Part shown: positions 8,516-17,209 of the stretch, one piece after another
Layout: every line of letters begins with the position of its first letter
How positions within the stretch are numbered: the stretch's first letter is position 1
Origin: Desulfomicrobium sp.
GTDB taxonomy: Bacteria > Desulfobacterota > Desulfovibrionia > Desulfovibrionales > Desulfomicrobiaceae
DNA: 64,000 bases
Assembly (NCBI GenBank): GCA_041690155.1
Contig: JAWLHW010000002.1
Location: forward strand, 2,996 to 66,995
Direction: 5' to 3'
Position numbers and translations under genes: made by a program
The notes under the pieces: generated by a model
Database searches by the model: none
The model's input: only the letters and a program-made list of their open reading frames with translations
Told to the model about the DNA's origin: nothing

Positions 8516-9862
8516 TCAGCGCATCAAATAAAAACCAAGATCACTGTCGTAGCTTTTCTGGTCCGCGAACTGGCATCCCACATACCTCTCGTTCAGGTAT
8601 TTGACACGGGCCAGGCGGGTGACTTCCGTACGTCGCGAGTCATCCAGTCGAAAACGAACCTTGAGCAGCGCCCCCCGAACCAGGCGGTGGGAGAGCAGCG
8701 TGGTGAAACCGACGCCATTCAAAGAGACATTATCCAGCAGAAAATCACCTGCCTCGCCCGTTTCCGGGTTCTCGAACTGCCCTGCGAGCTGCACATTCTT
8801 GCGGTAATACTGCCTGCGCTCCATGGCCTGCTTTTCCTCGTTGAGGAGCAGCACAAGATTTGCGGCCACATTGCGAAATTTGCGAAAGCCCCGGGGGGTG
8901 CTCTTGCTCGTGTTGCAAATCCCAAGCAGCGGAGTGACGTCGTCCTGAATGCCGGACACAACATCAAGAATCACGGAAAAATAAGGCATCTGCCTGGTCG
9001 CGCTTTGCTGGGCGATCTTGGTGTTGATACGCTGGCTGACATCGAGGGCGGCCGGTTTGGCCGTATTGGGCATGATCACCGCAAATCCGTTGGAGGCGAT
9101 GCGGCATACCACGTCGACCCTGCGCACTTCATCGACCAGGACCACCGCGAGCATCTGGATGATCTGGTCCACGCTCGACGGTCCATAGTCTTCGTTGAGC
9201 CTTCGCAGATTTTCGATCGTCAACAGCACCACGCTCGACGGAGTGCCGTATCTCTTGCAGACCTCGATCTCGCGCTCCATGTAGCGGTCGAAGGTTCGCT
9301 TGTTCGGCAATCCGGTGAGCTGATCCGTTTCGGCCATGCGCCTCATGGCCTGAAAATAATACGCCCGCTCCAGCGCCACCGCAGTGACCTCCGCGATGAC
9401 TGTAAAATCCGCCAGATTCCTCTTTGTATACGGTTCCCCGTGCCGAGTGTCGATGACCTCCATCACTCCGTAGACCATATCCCCGCTTTTAAGCGGCACG
9501 GCCATGACCGTTGAGCACCCTTTGGTCTTGGCCGTCAAAAATTGTGTCGCGAAACGCGGATCCTTTGCTGTATCCTCGATCAGCAGGGCTTCCTGGCTTT
9601 CGGCGACCCATCCGGCCAGCCCTGTCCCCTTTCGCAATTTCTTACCGCTAACCAGGTCGACCTTTTCGCCCACAACGTGATTGAAAGTCAGGTCGCCGGT
9701 GTCCGGATCCACAAGCAGAAATGCCAAATGCCTGGGAGAAAAAAAACTCTCCACATGGATGCAGATTTCTTCCAGTGTTTTCTGAATGCTGGTCCGATGC
9801 GAGAGTCCCCGGGAAATTCCGAGAAGGACGTTTATGCATGAAGAAGGCGTAAGCGGCTCCAT
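8516..9862 (-). CDS. GAF + degenerate GGDEF + PilZ protein (putative c-di-GMP receptor)
   Basis: GAF (GLAGWV...VPL...GVMEV), GGDEF-domain start DQLTGLPNKR with active site read as ASNGF, and PilZ motifs ERRQYYRK and NVSLNG. Confidence 0.85.
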   Translation of the reverse strand: MEPLTPSSCINVLLGISRGLSHRTSIQKTLEEICIHVESFFSPRHLAFLLVDPDTGDLTFNHVVGEKVDLVSGKKLRKGTGLAGWVAESQEALLIEDTAKDPRFATQFLTAKTKGCSTVMAVPLKSGDMVYGVMEVIDTRHGEPYTKRNLADFTVIAEVTAVALERAYYFQAMRRMAETDQLTGLPNKRTFDRYMEREIEVCKRYGTPSSVVLLTIENLRRLNEDYGPSSVDQIIQMLAVVLVDEVRRVDVVCRIASNGFAVIMPNTAKPAALDVSQRINTKIAQQSATRQMPYFSVILDVVSGIQDDVTPLLGICNTSKSTPRGFRKFRNVAANLVLLLNEEKQAMERRQYYRKNVQLAGQFENPETGEAGDFLLDNVSLNGVGFTTLLSHRLVRGALLKVRFRLDDSRRTEVTRLARVKYLNERYVGCQFADQKSYDSDLGFYLMR

Positions 9863-9937
9863 CTTTGGCTCCTGCTGTTGAGCTGAAATAGATCACTCTG
9901 TACAGGATTCATTCCTTGGATAAAAAGCAGGATTTTG

Positions 9938-11254
9938 TCAAATATCTTGTATTTTACAGATCTCCACGTTGATATCACGGGTCTTTGCCCATGATTCCAA
10001 TGCAGACAACGTCGCGGGATAGGGGTGACCAATGGCTACTGCCAGTCCGGTGCGCTTGGCCAGGCTTTCGGCTTTTTTGAGCTGCAGCAGGATTGCATGC
10101 TCCTTGGCCGTGTTGTCGAGAAAGATATGCCTTCTGTAATAGCGCATGCCCAATGTTTTGCTCACGTCGCGCACGCAGCTTTTGGGCGTGGTCAGGCTGT
10201 CCACAAAAAACTTTCCCTGCCCTTGCAGATGTCCAAGAACAACGGTCATGGCCTTTTTATCCTGCGTCAAACGCGAACCCATGTGGTTATTGACCCCGTC
10301 CACATCCGGCAGACGGGCCAGGTTGTCGACCAAAGTCTGCTCCAGGACAGCCGGGGTCATATTCACACGCAAGGTGCCGGGACCGGAATTGGCCGACTTG
10401 GGATATCCTTCCGGCTCGCAGGGGAGGTGGAGCAGCAACTCAAGATTTTCCTGCCGCGCCAGGTCAGCCACCTGTCGCGCCTTGGTGTTATGCGGCAGAA
10501 CTGAGAAACTTATGGCAAAAGGCAAGGCTGCCAACCGTTTGGCCACCGTCATGCTCTCGCCCAGGTCGTCGATGATGATCACAAGCCTTGGCGCTTTCAC
10601 CGTATGCGCCTCGGGCTCAGGCTCGGGAACCAGGGCAAGCGGCAGAAAGATGTGATGGGTTGGCTCGCCGAGGATGGAGATTTCCAGATCACGCGGATTG
10701 TTGTCGACGGTCTTCAGGCTGAACCCGGGTCCCAGTTGATCCAGATTTTTCTTGAGCTCGGCAAGAAAGGGAAAAACTTCGTGCCCCAGATTGATGGTCA
10801 GATTTTGATAATAAAATTCCTGCCCGTTATGACGCCTGACCTCCACGGCCCGATGCCGCATCAGGCTTTCAGATCCGCCCTGGGCGGCCAGCCCCATGAG
10901 TATGGCCAGGTCGACGCTGCGGACCTTGGCGTCAAAATCGTCGATCTGGGCTTCGTACACCAGCGCCTGTTTCTTCCGGGCCGAGTCATCCCTGACGGCG
11001 GCCTGCTCCGGCCGGGATTTCTTTTGGATCTGGGCCGCAGGTTTTTCCGAAGCTTTGTGCCCGGCCTGCGGTTTAACAATCACGGACTTGTCTGGCGCGG
11101 ACTTGTCCGGAGCATGCCGCAGAGGCAGATGCATGGCCACAAAAAGTGTCAGACCGGTCAAAAGGACGACACAAATCCAGAGCAGGGATTTGAACAGCGA
11201 AAAACCGGACCCCTTGGCCGCGGGCTTTTTCTTTTTTCGTTTTTTAGGGGGCAT
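9938..11254 (-). CDS. Divergent polysaccharide deacetylase (YibQ family), membrane anchored
   Basis: IIIDDLG, LLHLPCEP, GVNNHMGS, FLDN, AIGHP motifs; one N-terminal TM helix; follows envC-ctpA. Confidence 0.92.
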   Translation of the reverse strand: MPPKKRKKKKPAAKGSGFSLFKSLLWICVVLLTGLTLFVAMHLPLRHAPDKSAPDKSVIVKPQAGHKASEKPAAQIQKKSRPEQAAVRDDSARKKQALVYEAQIDDFDAKVRSVDLAILMGLAAQGGSESLMRHRAVEVRRHNGQEFYYQNLTINLGHEVFPFLAELKKNLDQLGPGFSLKTVDNNPRDLEISILGEPTHHIFLPLALVPEPEPEAHTVKAPRLVIIIDDLGESMTVAKRLAALPFAISFSVLPHNTKARQVADLARQENLELLLHLPCEPEGYPKSANSGPGTLRVNMTPAVLEQTLVDNLARLPDVDGVNNHMGSRLTQDKKAMTVVLGHLQGQGKFFVDSLTTPKSCVRDVSKTLGMRYYRRHIFLDNTAKEHAILLQLKKAESLAKRTGLAVAIGHPYPATLSALESWAKTRDINVEICKIQDI

Positions 11255-11306
11255 GGTGCTTGAAAAGACGCGGGACGGCAGAAGCCGCCCCGCAATAAAA
11301 TGAGAA

Positions 11307-12578
11307 TCAGTTGGTGAGCTGCATGAAGCGCGGCAGGGACTTGACCATGCTAAGGCCTATGCGCAGCTGGTTGTCCTGGGCCAAGGCCTCTCTTACTTCG
11401 ATCTCTTCGGGGCTCAGATCCATCTCACCATTGGGATTGATCAGGTGCTTGGACAGGTTCGCCTCCCGAAATTCGCGCGGCTGCGTTGCATCTTCGGTCG
11501 CAACCACAAACGGGAGTTCCACGTCGGGCTCGATTCCCTCGGCCTGGATGGATGTGCCGTTTGGCGTGTAGTAAAGCGCGATGGTCAGCTTGACCGCCGA
11601 ACCGTCGGACAGGGGCATTATGGTCTGCACGGAGCCCTTTCCGAAGGTGCGCTCGCCGATCAGGATGGCCCGCTTGCGGTCTTGCAGGGCGCCGGCCACA
11701 ATCTCCGAAGCCGAGGCCGAGCCGGAATTGATAAGCACCACCACCGGGCAGGTCACATCCGTGGACTGCCGGGAAGCCATCTCGTCCTTCCTGCTTTTGG
11801 GGTTACGACCCTGGGTATAGACGATGAGGCCATCGCGCAAAAAGGTGTCGGTCACGGAAATGGCCTGATTGAGAAGCCCGCCGGGATTGTTGCGCAGGTC
11901 CAGGACAACGCCTTTGAGTTCCTGTTTGGCGGTGTACTCTTGCAATTTGCTGTGCATGTCCTCGGTGGTGTTGGCCTTGAAATCGGTCAGTCGCAAATGA
12001 ACGTATCCGGGCTCGAGTTCCTTGAGCTTTACACTGATCAGCGGAATCGTGCCGCGCACGATGGTCACTTTTTCCGGAGCCTGGGATTCCTTGTGCAGAA
12101 TGGTAAGTTCCACGGATTCTCCCTTGGGGCCGCGAATCTTGGAAACCGCTTCCTCAAGTGAAATATCCAGCGCCGATTCGCCGTTAATCTCGAGAATGAG
12201 GTCTCCGGCCCTGAGGCCCGCCTTGTCGGCAGGAGTGTCTTCAATGGGGGCGATTACAGTCAGGCGCTTTTCGCGAACTCCGATCTGGATGCCGATCCCC
12301 CCGAATTCACCCTGAAATTCTTCCTGCATCATCTTGAATTTATCAAGATTGATATATGCGGAATGCGGATCAATGGAATTGAGCATCCCTTCGATGGCCC
12401 CGTGGATCAGATCCGTACGGTCGACATCCTGAACATAATTTTTTTCGATCAGATCCAGAACCTGGCTGAACTGCTTCAAGGCCTGATAATGATCCGTATC
12501 CCGAGCCTGGCTGGACGAGGCCGTGCCGCAAAGGCCGACCAGAAGAATCATCGTGCCCAGAAAATGGCTGAAACGCAT
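11307..12578 (-). CDS. ctpA: Carboxyl-terminal processing protease (S41A, PDZ)
   Basis: GGIGI PDZ loop, LDLRNNPGG, SASASEIVAGAL, TFGKGSVQ. Start MRFSHF follows GGAGG. Confidence 0.93.
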   Translation of the reverse strand: MRFSHFLGTMILLVGLCGTASSSQARDTDHYQALKQFSQVLDLIEKNYVQDVDRTDLIHGAIEGMLNSIDPHSAYINLDKFKMMQEEFQGEFGGIGIQIGVREKRLTVIAPIEDTPADKAGLRAGDLILEINGESALDISLEEAVSKIRGPKGESVELTILHKESQAPEKVTIVRGTIPLISVKLKELEPGYVHLRLTDFKANTTEDMHSKLQEYTAKQELKGVVLDLRNNPGGLLNQAISVTDTFLRDGLIVYTQGRNPKSRKDEMASRQSTDVTCPVVVLINSGSASASEIVAGALQDRKRAILIGERTFGKGSVQTIMPLSDGSAVKLTIALYYTPNGTSIQAEGIEPDVELPFVVATEDATQPREFREANLSKHLINPNGEMDLSPEEIEVREALAQDNQLRIGLSMVKSLPRFMQLTN

Positions 12579-12673
12579 GATATCCTCCCTGAGGGAATGG
12601 CGAGAAATTGTTGGAATCACTTAAAAGCGGATACCGTGGTGCAGTCCTGTCCGAAAAAATGCGAACTCACTTT

Positions 12674-13795
12674 TCACCCCGGCTGTAACCATTTTAAAGG
12701 ATTAATGACTTTTTGCCTGTAACGCAATTCGAAATAGAGGCCTTCACCCTTGGCTGCAGGGTAGAATCCGCAGACGCCGATCTGCTGTCCGCGTTCCACC
12801 TCCCGGCCCACCGGAATGGGAGCATCGGACAAAAAGGCATACAGCGAGTAATAATCCTCGCCATGAAAAACGATGACCACCTGCCCGAACCCGCGCAACT
12901 GGTCGTTGTGCACGACCTTGCCCCAGGAGACGCTGTGCACCGGCGTGCCTGCGGGCAGGGACAGTCCTATCCCGTTGCTGGGCGGATTTCCGCTTGGTGC
13001 ATACGACACGACCCGCTTGCCCGTGGCCGGCCAGCTCAGTTTGCCCTGCAGCTTTGAAATTTTCTTGGAGGATTGCAGGCTGATCTTGTGGCGCAGCCCG
13101 GCGATGGAACCCATCAGGTCCTGGATTTCCTTTTCGCTCTGCTTCTTCTTGACCCGCACCTCGGCAATCTGGCGTTCGTACTGCGTCCTCTTTTTTTCAA
13201 GATCGGCCCTGGACGCCTTGATCTTTTCAAGTTTGGCCTCGGCCTGGGCCGCGTTCTGATCCAGCACAGACTGCTGGTCGGCCATGATCTGGCTCTGTTG
13301 CTCGATATCTTCCCGCAGGGCCTGGGCCTCGCGGTACAGGGCCGTCAGCCAGGCTTCCCGGCGGTTGGCTTCGCCCCACTGCTCCACCGAGGCAAAACCT
13401 TCTTCCTTGGCCGTCAGGTAGATGGGCCACAGCGTTCGCATCAGCTCCTGCAGGCGGCCCGTGGTCTTTTCCCGCTCCGCCAGCAAATCATCGAGGCGTT
13501 TCGCGCCTTCGGACTGCTCTTTTTTGAGCGCGGCCAGCTCGTCTTCAAGCTTCTCCAGAGATGCGGCCGCCTTCTTGACCGAACCTTCGAGTTTGGCCAG
13601 ATCCTTGTGCAGCTTGCGTTCTTGAGCGGTCAGGCTCTGGATGGCCTTTTTCCGCTCGGCCAGTTGCTTGTTCTTGGCGGCCATCTCTTCTTCAAGAGAG
13701 GCAAGGCCAGGCGAAGCCAATAATACAAGGCCGCCCAGAAGCAACAGGATGATCGCGAAAAAACGCAGCTTGGGGCGGGATGACGGTCGATTCAT
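12674..13795 (-). CDS. envC: Murein hydrolase activator EnvC family (coiled coil + degenerate M23)
   Basis: Signal/TM segment, long coiled coil, LSWPATG...LYFELR M23 fold lacking the Zn-His ligands. ATGA overlap with the upstream gene. Confidence 0.82.
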   Translation of the reverse strand: MNRPSSRPKLRFFAIILLLLGGLVLLASPGLASLEEEMAAKNKQLAERKKAIQSLTAQERKLHKDLAKLEGSVKKAAASLEKLEDELAALKKEQSEGAKRLDDLLAEREKTTGRLQELMRTLWPIYLTAKEEGFASVEQWGEANRREAWLTALYREAQALREDIEQQSQIMADQQSVLDQNAAQAEAKLEKIKASRADLEKKRTQYERQIAEVRVKKKQSEKEIQDLMGSIAGLRHKISLQSSKKISKLQGKLSWPATGKRVVSYAPSGNPPSNGIGLSLPAGTPVHSVSWGKVVHNDQLRGFGQVVIVFHGEDYYSLYAFLSDAPIPVGREVERGQQIGVCGFYPAAKGEGLYFELRYRQKVINPLKWLQPG

Positions 13796-14490
13796 GGGTG
13801 AGGGATGATGCTTTTTCCTGTGCAGGTCAAGGGGCTGGACTTTTCCAGAAAGACGGCCAGGGGGCAGCTCGCACATTTTCCCTCCCTCTTTGCGCACCAA
13901 TTCTTGCCCGTGCGCACGATGAGGGCGTGGTATTCATTATATAATGCCGTGTCCGACGGCAAAACATCCATGAAAAACTCCCGCAGTTCGCCGTATCCGA
14001 TGTCTTCGGGTACAAGCCCGTGCCGGCTCAGGATGCGACGCGTGTAGGCGTCGACCACAAAAGTCGGCAGCCCGAGGGCGTAAAGCAGGATGGAATCGGC
14101 CGTTTCAGGACCAATGCCGGAAACCTCAAGCAGGGACGGGCGCAGCTTCTCCATCGTCTCGCCCCGCAATCCATCCATATCAAGGTCGCAGGTCGTGCGC
14201 AGAAAACTCAGGAAATTGCGCACCCGCACCGCCTTGACCCGGAAGGCGCCAGCCGGGCGGATGAGCGCCGCAAGCTCCCCGTCGGTCAACCGGGCCAGGG
14301 CCCGGGGATCGAGCAGGCCGGATTCGCGCAGGTTGTGCATCGCCTTTTCCACGTTGGCCCAGGCCGTGTTCTGGGTCAAAATGGCGCCCAGCGCGATTTC
14401 AAACGGCGTTTCTCCCGGCCACCACCTGCTTGGCCCCAGCTCGGCCAGCATCGCACGGTAGTAGTCAAGCAGCACGGCTTCCCGGTTCAT
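13792..14490 (-). CDS. HhH-GPD family DNA glycosylase (endonuclease III-related)
   Basis: WWPGETPFEIALGAILTQNT, HhH GIGPETADSILLYA, FVVDAY. ATGA overlap with prmA. Confidence 0.88.
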   Translation of the reverse strand: MNREAVLLDYYRAMLAELGPSRWWPGETPFEIALGAILTQNTAWANVEKAMHNLRESGLLDPRALARLTDGELAALIRPAGAFRVKAVRVRNFLSFLRTTCDLDMDGLRGETMEKLRPSLLEVSGIGPETADSILLYALGLPTFVVDAYTRRILSRHGLVPEDIGYGELREFFMDVLPSDTALYNEYHALIVRTGKNWCAKREGKCASCPLAVFLEKSSPLTCTGKSIIPHP

Positions 14491-15341
14491 GTGCGAAAGA
14501 CGAGCAGGGTCCATTCCCCGGAGTATGAAATCACGGGAGCCGCAAGCCCCTGCCGGACGTAGGCCTGCACGACGCGATCCGCCTGCTCGCGCAGGATGCC
14601 GGACAGGATGAGCACACCCGGTCTGGCCAGGCGGGCACAGATGTCCTCGGCCATATCAATCAGCGGGTTGGCCAGAATGTTGGCCAGAATGCAGTCAAAG
14701 CGCTGCTGCTCCGGGAGGTCCGTGACGCTCCCCGTGGCCGGTTTGAAAGCGTCCTCCACATCGTTCAGGGCCGCGTTCTCGTGCGCGTTGTCGACGGCCA
14801 CGGGGTCGATATCAAGACCCTGGCCGACAAGCCCGAGCTTGACGGCGGCGATGCCCAGAATCCCCGAACCCGTGCCCAGGTCGAGAAAGGACTGCCCCTC
14901 CGCAAGAACCCCTTCCGTCGCCAGCCGGTCCAGCGCCTCAAGGCACAGGGCCGTGGTCTGGTGATGCCCCGTCCCGAAGGCCATCTTGGGCTCGATCAGA
15001 ATGGGCTCGGCCGTGCAGGGCTCATCCTTGAGCCAGGCCGGCAGGACCACGAACCGCGACCCGATGGGAATGGGCGTGAAGTATTTTTTCCATGCGCTGG
15101 TCCAGTCCGCGTTGTCCACGCTTGTGCTCTCCAGAATAATTTCCGGACAGGCGGCCTGGAGCGCGGCCTCGGTTTCGGCGGACTGCTCTGGCCGGTCGAA
15201 ATGCACGGTCAGACGGCGCAGCCCGTCTTTGAGCCCCTCGTCTTCCCAGCCCCAGGGGGTGTGCAGAAACAAAAGGCCGGTAACGAGATCCTCGTTTTCC
15301 GGGGCAAAAGAAAGCGCAAGGCGTGCAAGCTTATTTGACAT
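14487..15341 (-). CDS. prmA: Ribosomal protein L11 methyltransferase
   Basis: EPKMAFGTGHHQTT, LDLGTGSGIL, ANILA, LSGIL. Confidence 0.95.
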   Translation of the reverse strand: MSNKLARLALSFAPENEDLVTGLLFLHTPWGWEDEGLKDGLRRLTVHFDRPEQSAETEAALQAACPEIILESTSVDNADWTSAWKKYFTPIPIGSRFVVLPAWLKDEPCTAEPILIEPKMAFGTGHHQTTALCLEALDRLATEGVLAEGQSFLDLGTGSGILGIAAVKLGLVGQGLDIDPVAVDNAHENAALNDVEDAFKPATGSVTDLPEQQRFDCILANILANPLIDMAEDICARLARPGVLILSGILREQADRVVQAYVRQGLAAPVISYSGEWTLLVFRT

Positions 15342-15436
15342 TTTAAAACCTGATAGCGGGGCATGCCCGTTTGAATTCGATGTTGAAAATCGGTCCCCTT
15401 ACGCATGCGAAGGAGGGGCAAAACTGAGCCTACTGG

Positions 15437-16630
15437 CTAGTTTCCGGCCAGAATGGCTTCCAGTGCCCGGCAAAAGGACTCCAGCTCCTCCTCGGTGATG
15501 ACCAGCGGAGGCAGCAGGCGCAGCACCGTGTCCTGGGTCAGATTCAGGACAAAACCCTGCTCAAGCAGTGCCTTCCAGACCTCGGCCCCGGGATGCGTCA
15601 GCTCAATGCCGATCATCAGGCCATGCACCCGAACCTCGGCGATCTTGCCCGGCAGTCGGGATTTGATCCCCTCCAGTCGTCCGCGCAGCCAATCGCCAAG
15701 CCTCGCCGCCCGGCCACAGAGATCGTCGCGCTCGATGATCTCGATGACCTTGTCCGCCACGGCGGAAATGAGCGCGTTGCCGCCGAAGGTCGTGCCATGG
15801 CTGCCTGGAGGAAAACCCTTGGAGACCTCTTCGGTGCACATGACCGCGCCCATGGGCAGGCCCCCGGCCAGACCCTTGGCCACGGTGACGATATCGGGCG
15901 CAAGGCCCAGATGCTGATGCGCCCAGAATTTTCCGGTCCGGCCCACACCGGTCTGAATCTCATCGACAATCAGCAGCACGCCCTTGGCGGCGCAAAGCTT
16001 CTCCAGCCCGCGAACGTAATCCTCGGGCAGGGGTTTGACTCCGCCCTCGCCCTGGATCATCTCGATCAACACCGCCGCGGTGCGCTCGTTCATGGCGGCT
16101 TCCATGGCCGTAAGATCCGCAAAAGGCACGGTGACGAAGCCTTCGGGCAGCGGCCCGAACCCGGTCTTGATCTTGTCCTGGCCCGTGGCCGTCAATGTGG
16201 CCAGGGTCCGGCCATGAAAGGACCCGCCCAGGGTGATGATCTCGTAGCGCTCTTCGCCCCGGCCCTCGCGCATGTAGCGCCTGGCCAGCTTGATGGCGCC
16301 CTCGTTGGCCTCAGCCCCGGAGTTGCAGAAAAAGACCCGCTCCAGATGCGAGGTGCCGAGCAGCCTGTTGGCCAGCGCGACCTGCTCTTCCTGATAAAAA
16401 AGGTTGGAGACGTGGATGAGCTTGCCGGCCTGGGCGCAGATGACGTCCACCAGTTCGGGATGGGAGTGACCCAGGTTGCACACGGCAATGCCTGCCAGGA
16501 GGTCGGTATAGACCCGGCCTTCAGGGGTGACGAGTCTGGTTCCTTCGGCCCGGCTGACGGCCAGGGGATAGCGCGCATAGGTCCGGCAAAACGCCGAGGC
16601 TTCGCCCTGTTTTATATCTTCGCTGTTCAT
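15437..16630 (-). CDS. argD: Acetylornithine aminotransferase
   Basis: NSGAEANE, SFHGRT, QGEGG, DEIQTGVGRTG, AKGLAGG. Real start MNSEDIK follows GAGGAG. Confidence 0.93.
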   Translation of the reverse strand: MNSEDIKQGEASAFCRTYARYPLAVSRAEGTRLVTPEGRVYTDLLAGIAVCNLGHSHPELVDVICAQAGKLIHVSNLFYQEEQVALANRLLGTSHLERVFFCNSGAEANEGAIKLARRYMREGRGEERYEIITLGGSFHGRTLATLTATGQDKIKTGFGPLPEGFVTVPFADLTAMEAAMNERTAAVLIEMIQGEGGVKPLPEDYVRGLEKLCAAKGVLLIVDEIQTGVGRTGKFWAHQHLGLAPDIVTVAKGLAGGLPMGAVMCTEEVSKGFPPGSHGTTFGGNALISAVADKVIEIIERDDLCGRAARLGDWLRGRLEGIKSRLPGKIAEVRVHGLMIGIELTHPGAEVWKALLEQGFVLNLTQDTVLRLLPPLVITEEELESFCRALEAILAGN

Positions 16631-16656
16631 GAAATTCTCCTCGCAGGTGAATTGGA

Positions 16657-17133
16657 TCAGATCGCGCCGGTGTGCCCGAATCCGCCGGCGCCGCGCGCAG
16701 TGTCGGAAAGATTGTCCTGCGGAACGATTTCCGCGCGCACGACAGGCTGAAAAACGAGCTGGGCGATGCGCTGGCCCCGGGTCACGGTGCGGGTCTGGTC
16801 CGAAGTGTTCAAAAGGCTGACCAGGATTTCGCCGCGATAGTCCGGGTCGATGACACCGACCCCCTGACTGACCACCAGCCCGTCCTTGGTTCCCAGGCCG
16901 CTTCGGGAATAGACAAAACCGGCAACTCCCGGCATCGTGCATTCCACGGCGATGCCAGAAGGAAAGCGATACCGTCCCCCAGGGGGGATTGAAACCTCCG
17001 CTTCCTCCATACAAGCCCGCAGATCAATACCTGCCGACCCCGGAGTGGCATACTTGAATTTCTCCGGCGGGCACGTTTCCGATAAAAAACGGACCTTGAC
17101 CGGTATGGTGACATTTCCGGAACAGGGATTCAT
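16657..17133 (-). CDS. dut: dUTP diphosphatase
   Basis: SAGIDL, RSGL, GVIDPDYRGE, RIAQL, RGAGGFGHTG; AGGAG RBS. Confidence 0.96.
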   Translation of the reverse strand: MNPCSGNVTIPVKVRFLSETCPPEKFKYATPGSAGIDLRACMEEAEVSIPPGGRYRFPSGIAVECTMPGVAGFVYSRSGLGTKDGLVVSQGVGVIDPDYRGEILVSLLNTSDQTRTVTRGQRIAQLVFQPVVRAEIVPQDNLSDTARGAGGFGHTGAI

Positions 17134-17209
17134 TTCTACTCCTAGGCATGTTAGCTTGATCATCAAGCGCGCATGCAGGGATGCGTTACAAATTTTGACA
17201 GGAGGATTT

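Noticed and set aside
11083-11112. 15-nt imperfect tandem duplication (APDKS twice) in the YibQ linker
   Set aside because: In-frame low-complexity linker variation with only two units.
16631-17209. Apparent long N-terminal extensions of argD (to 17014) and glgP (from 16937)
   Set aside because: They are open frames running across dut. Each gene has a good RBS at the shorter start and the extensions carry no family motifs.
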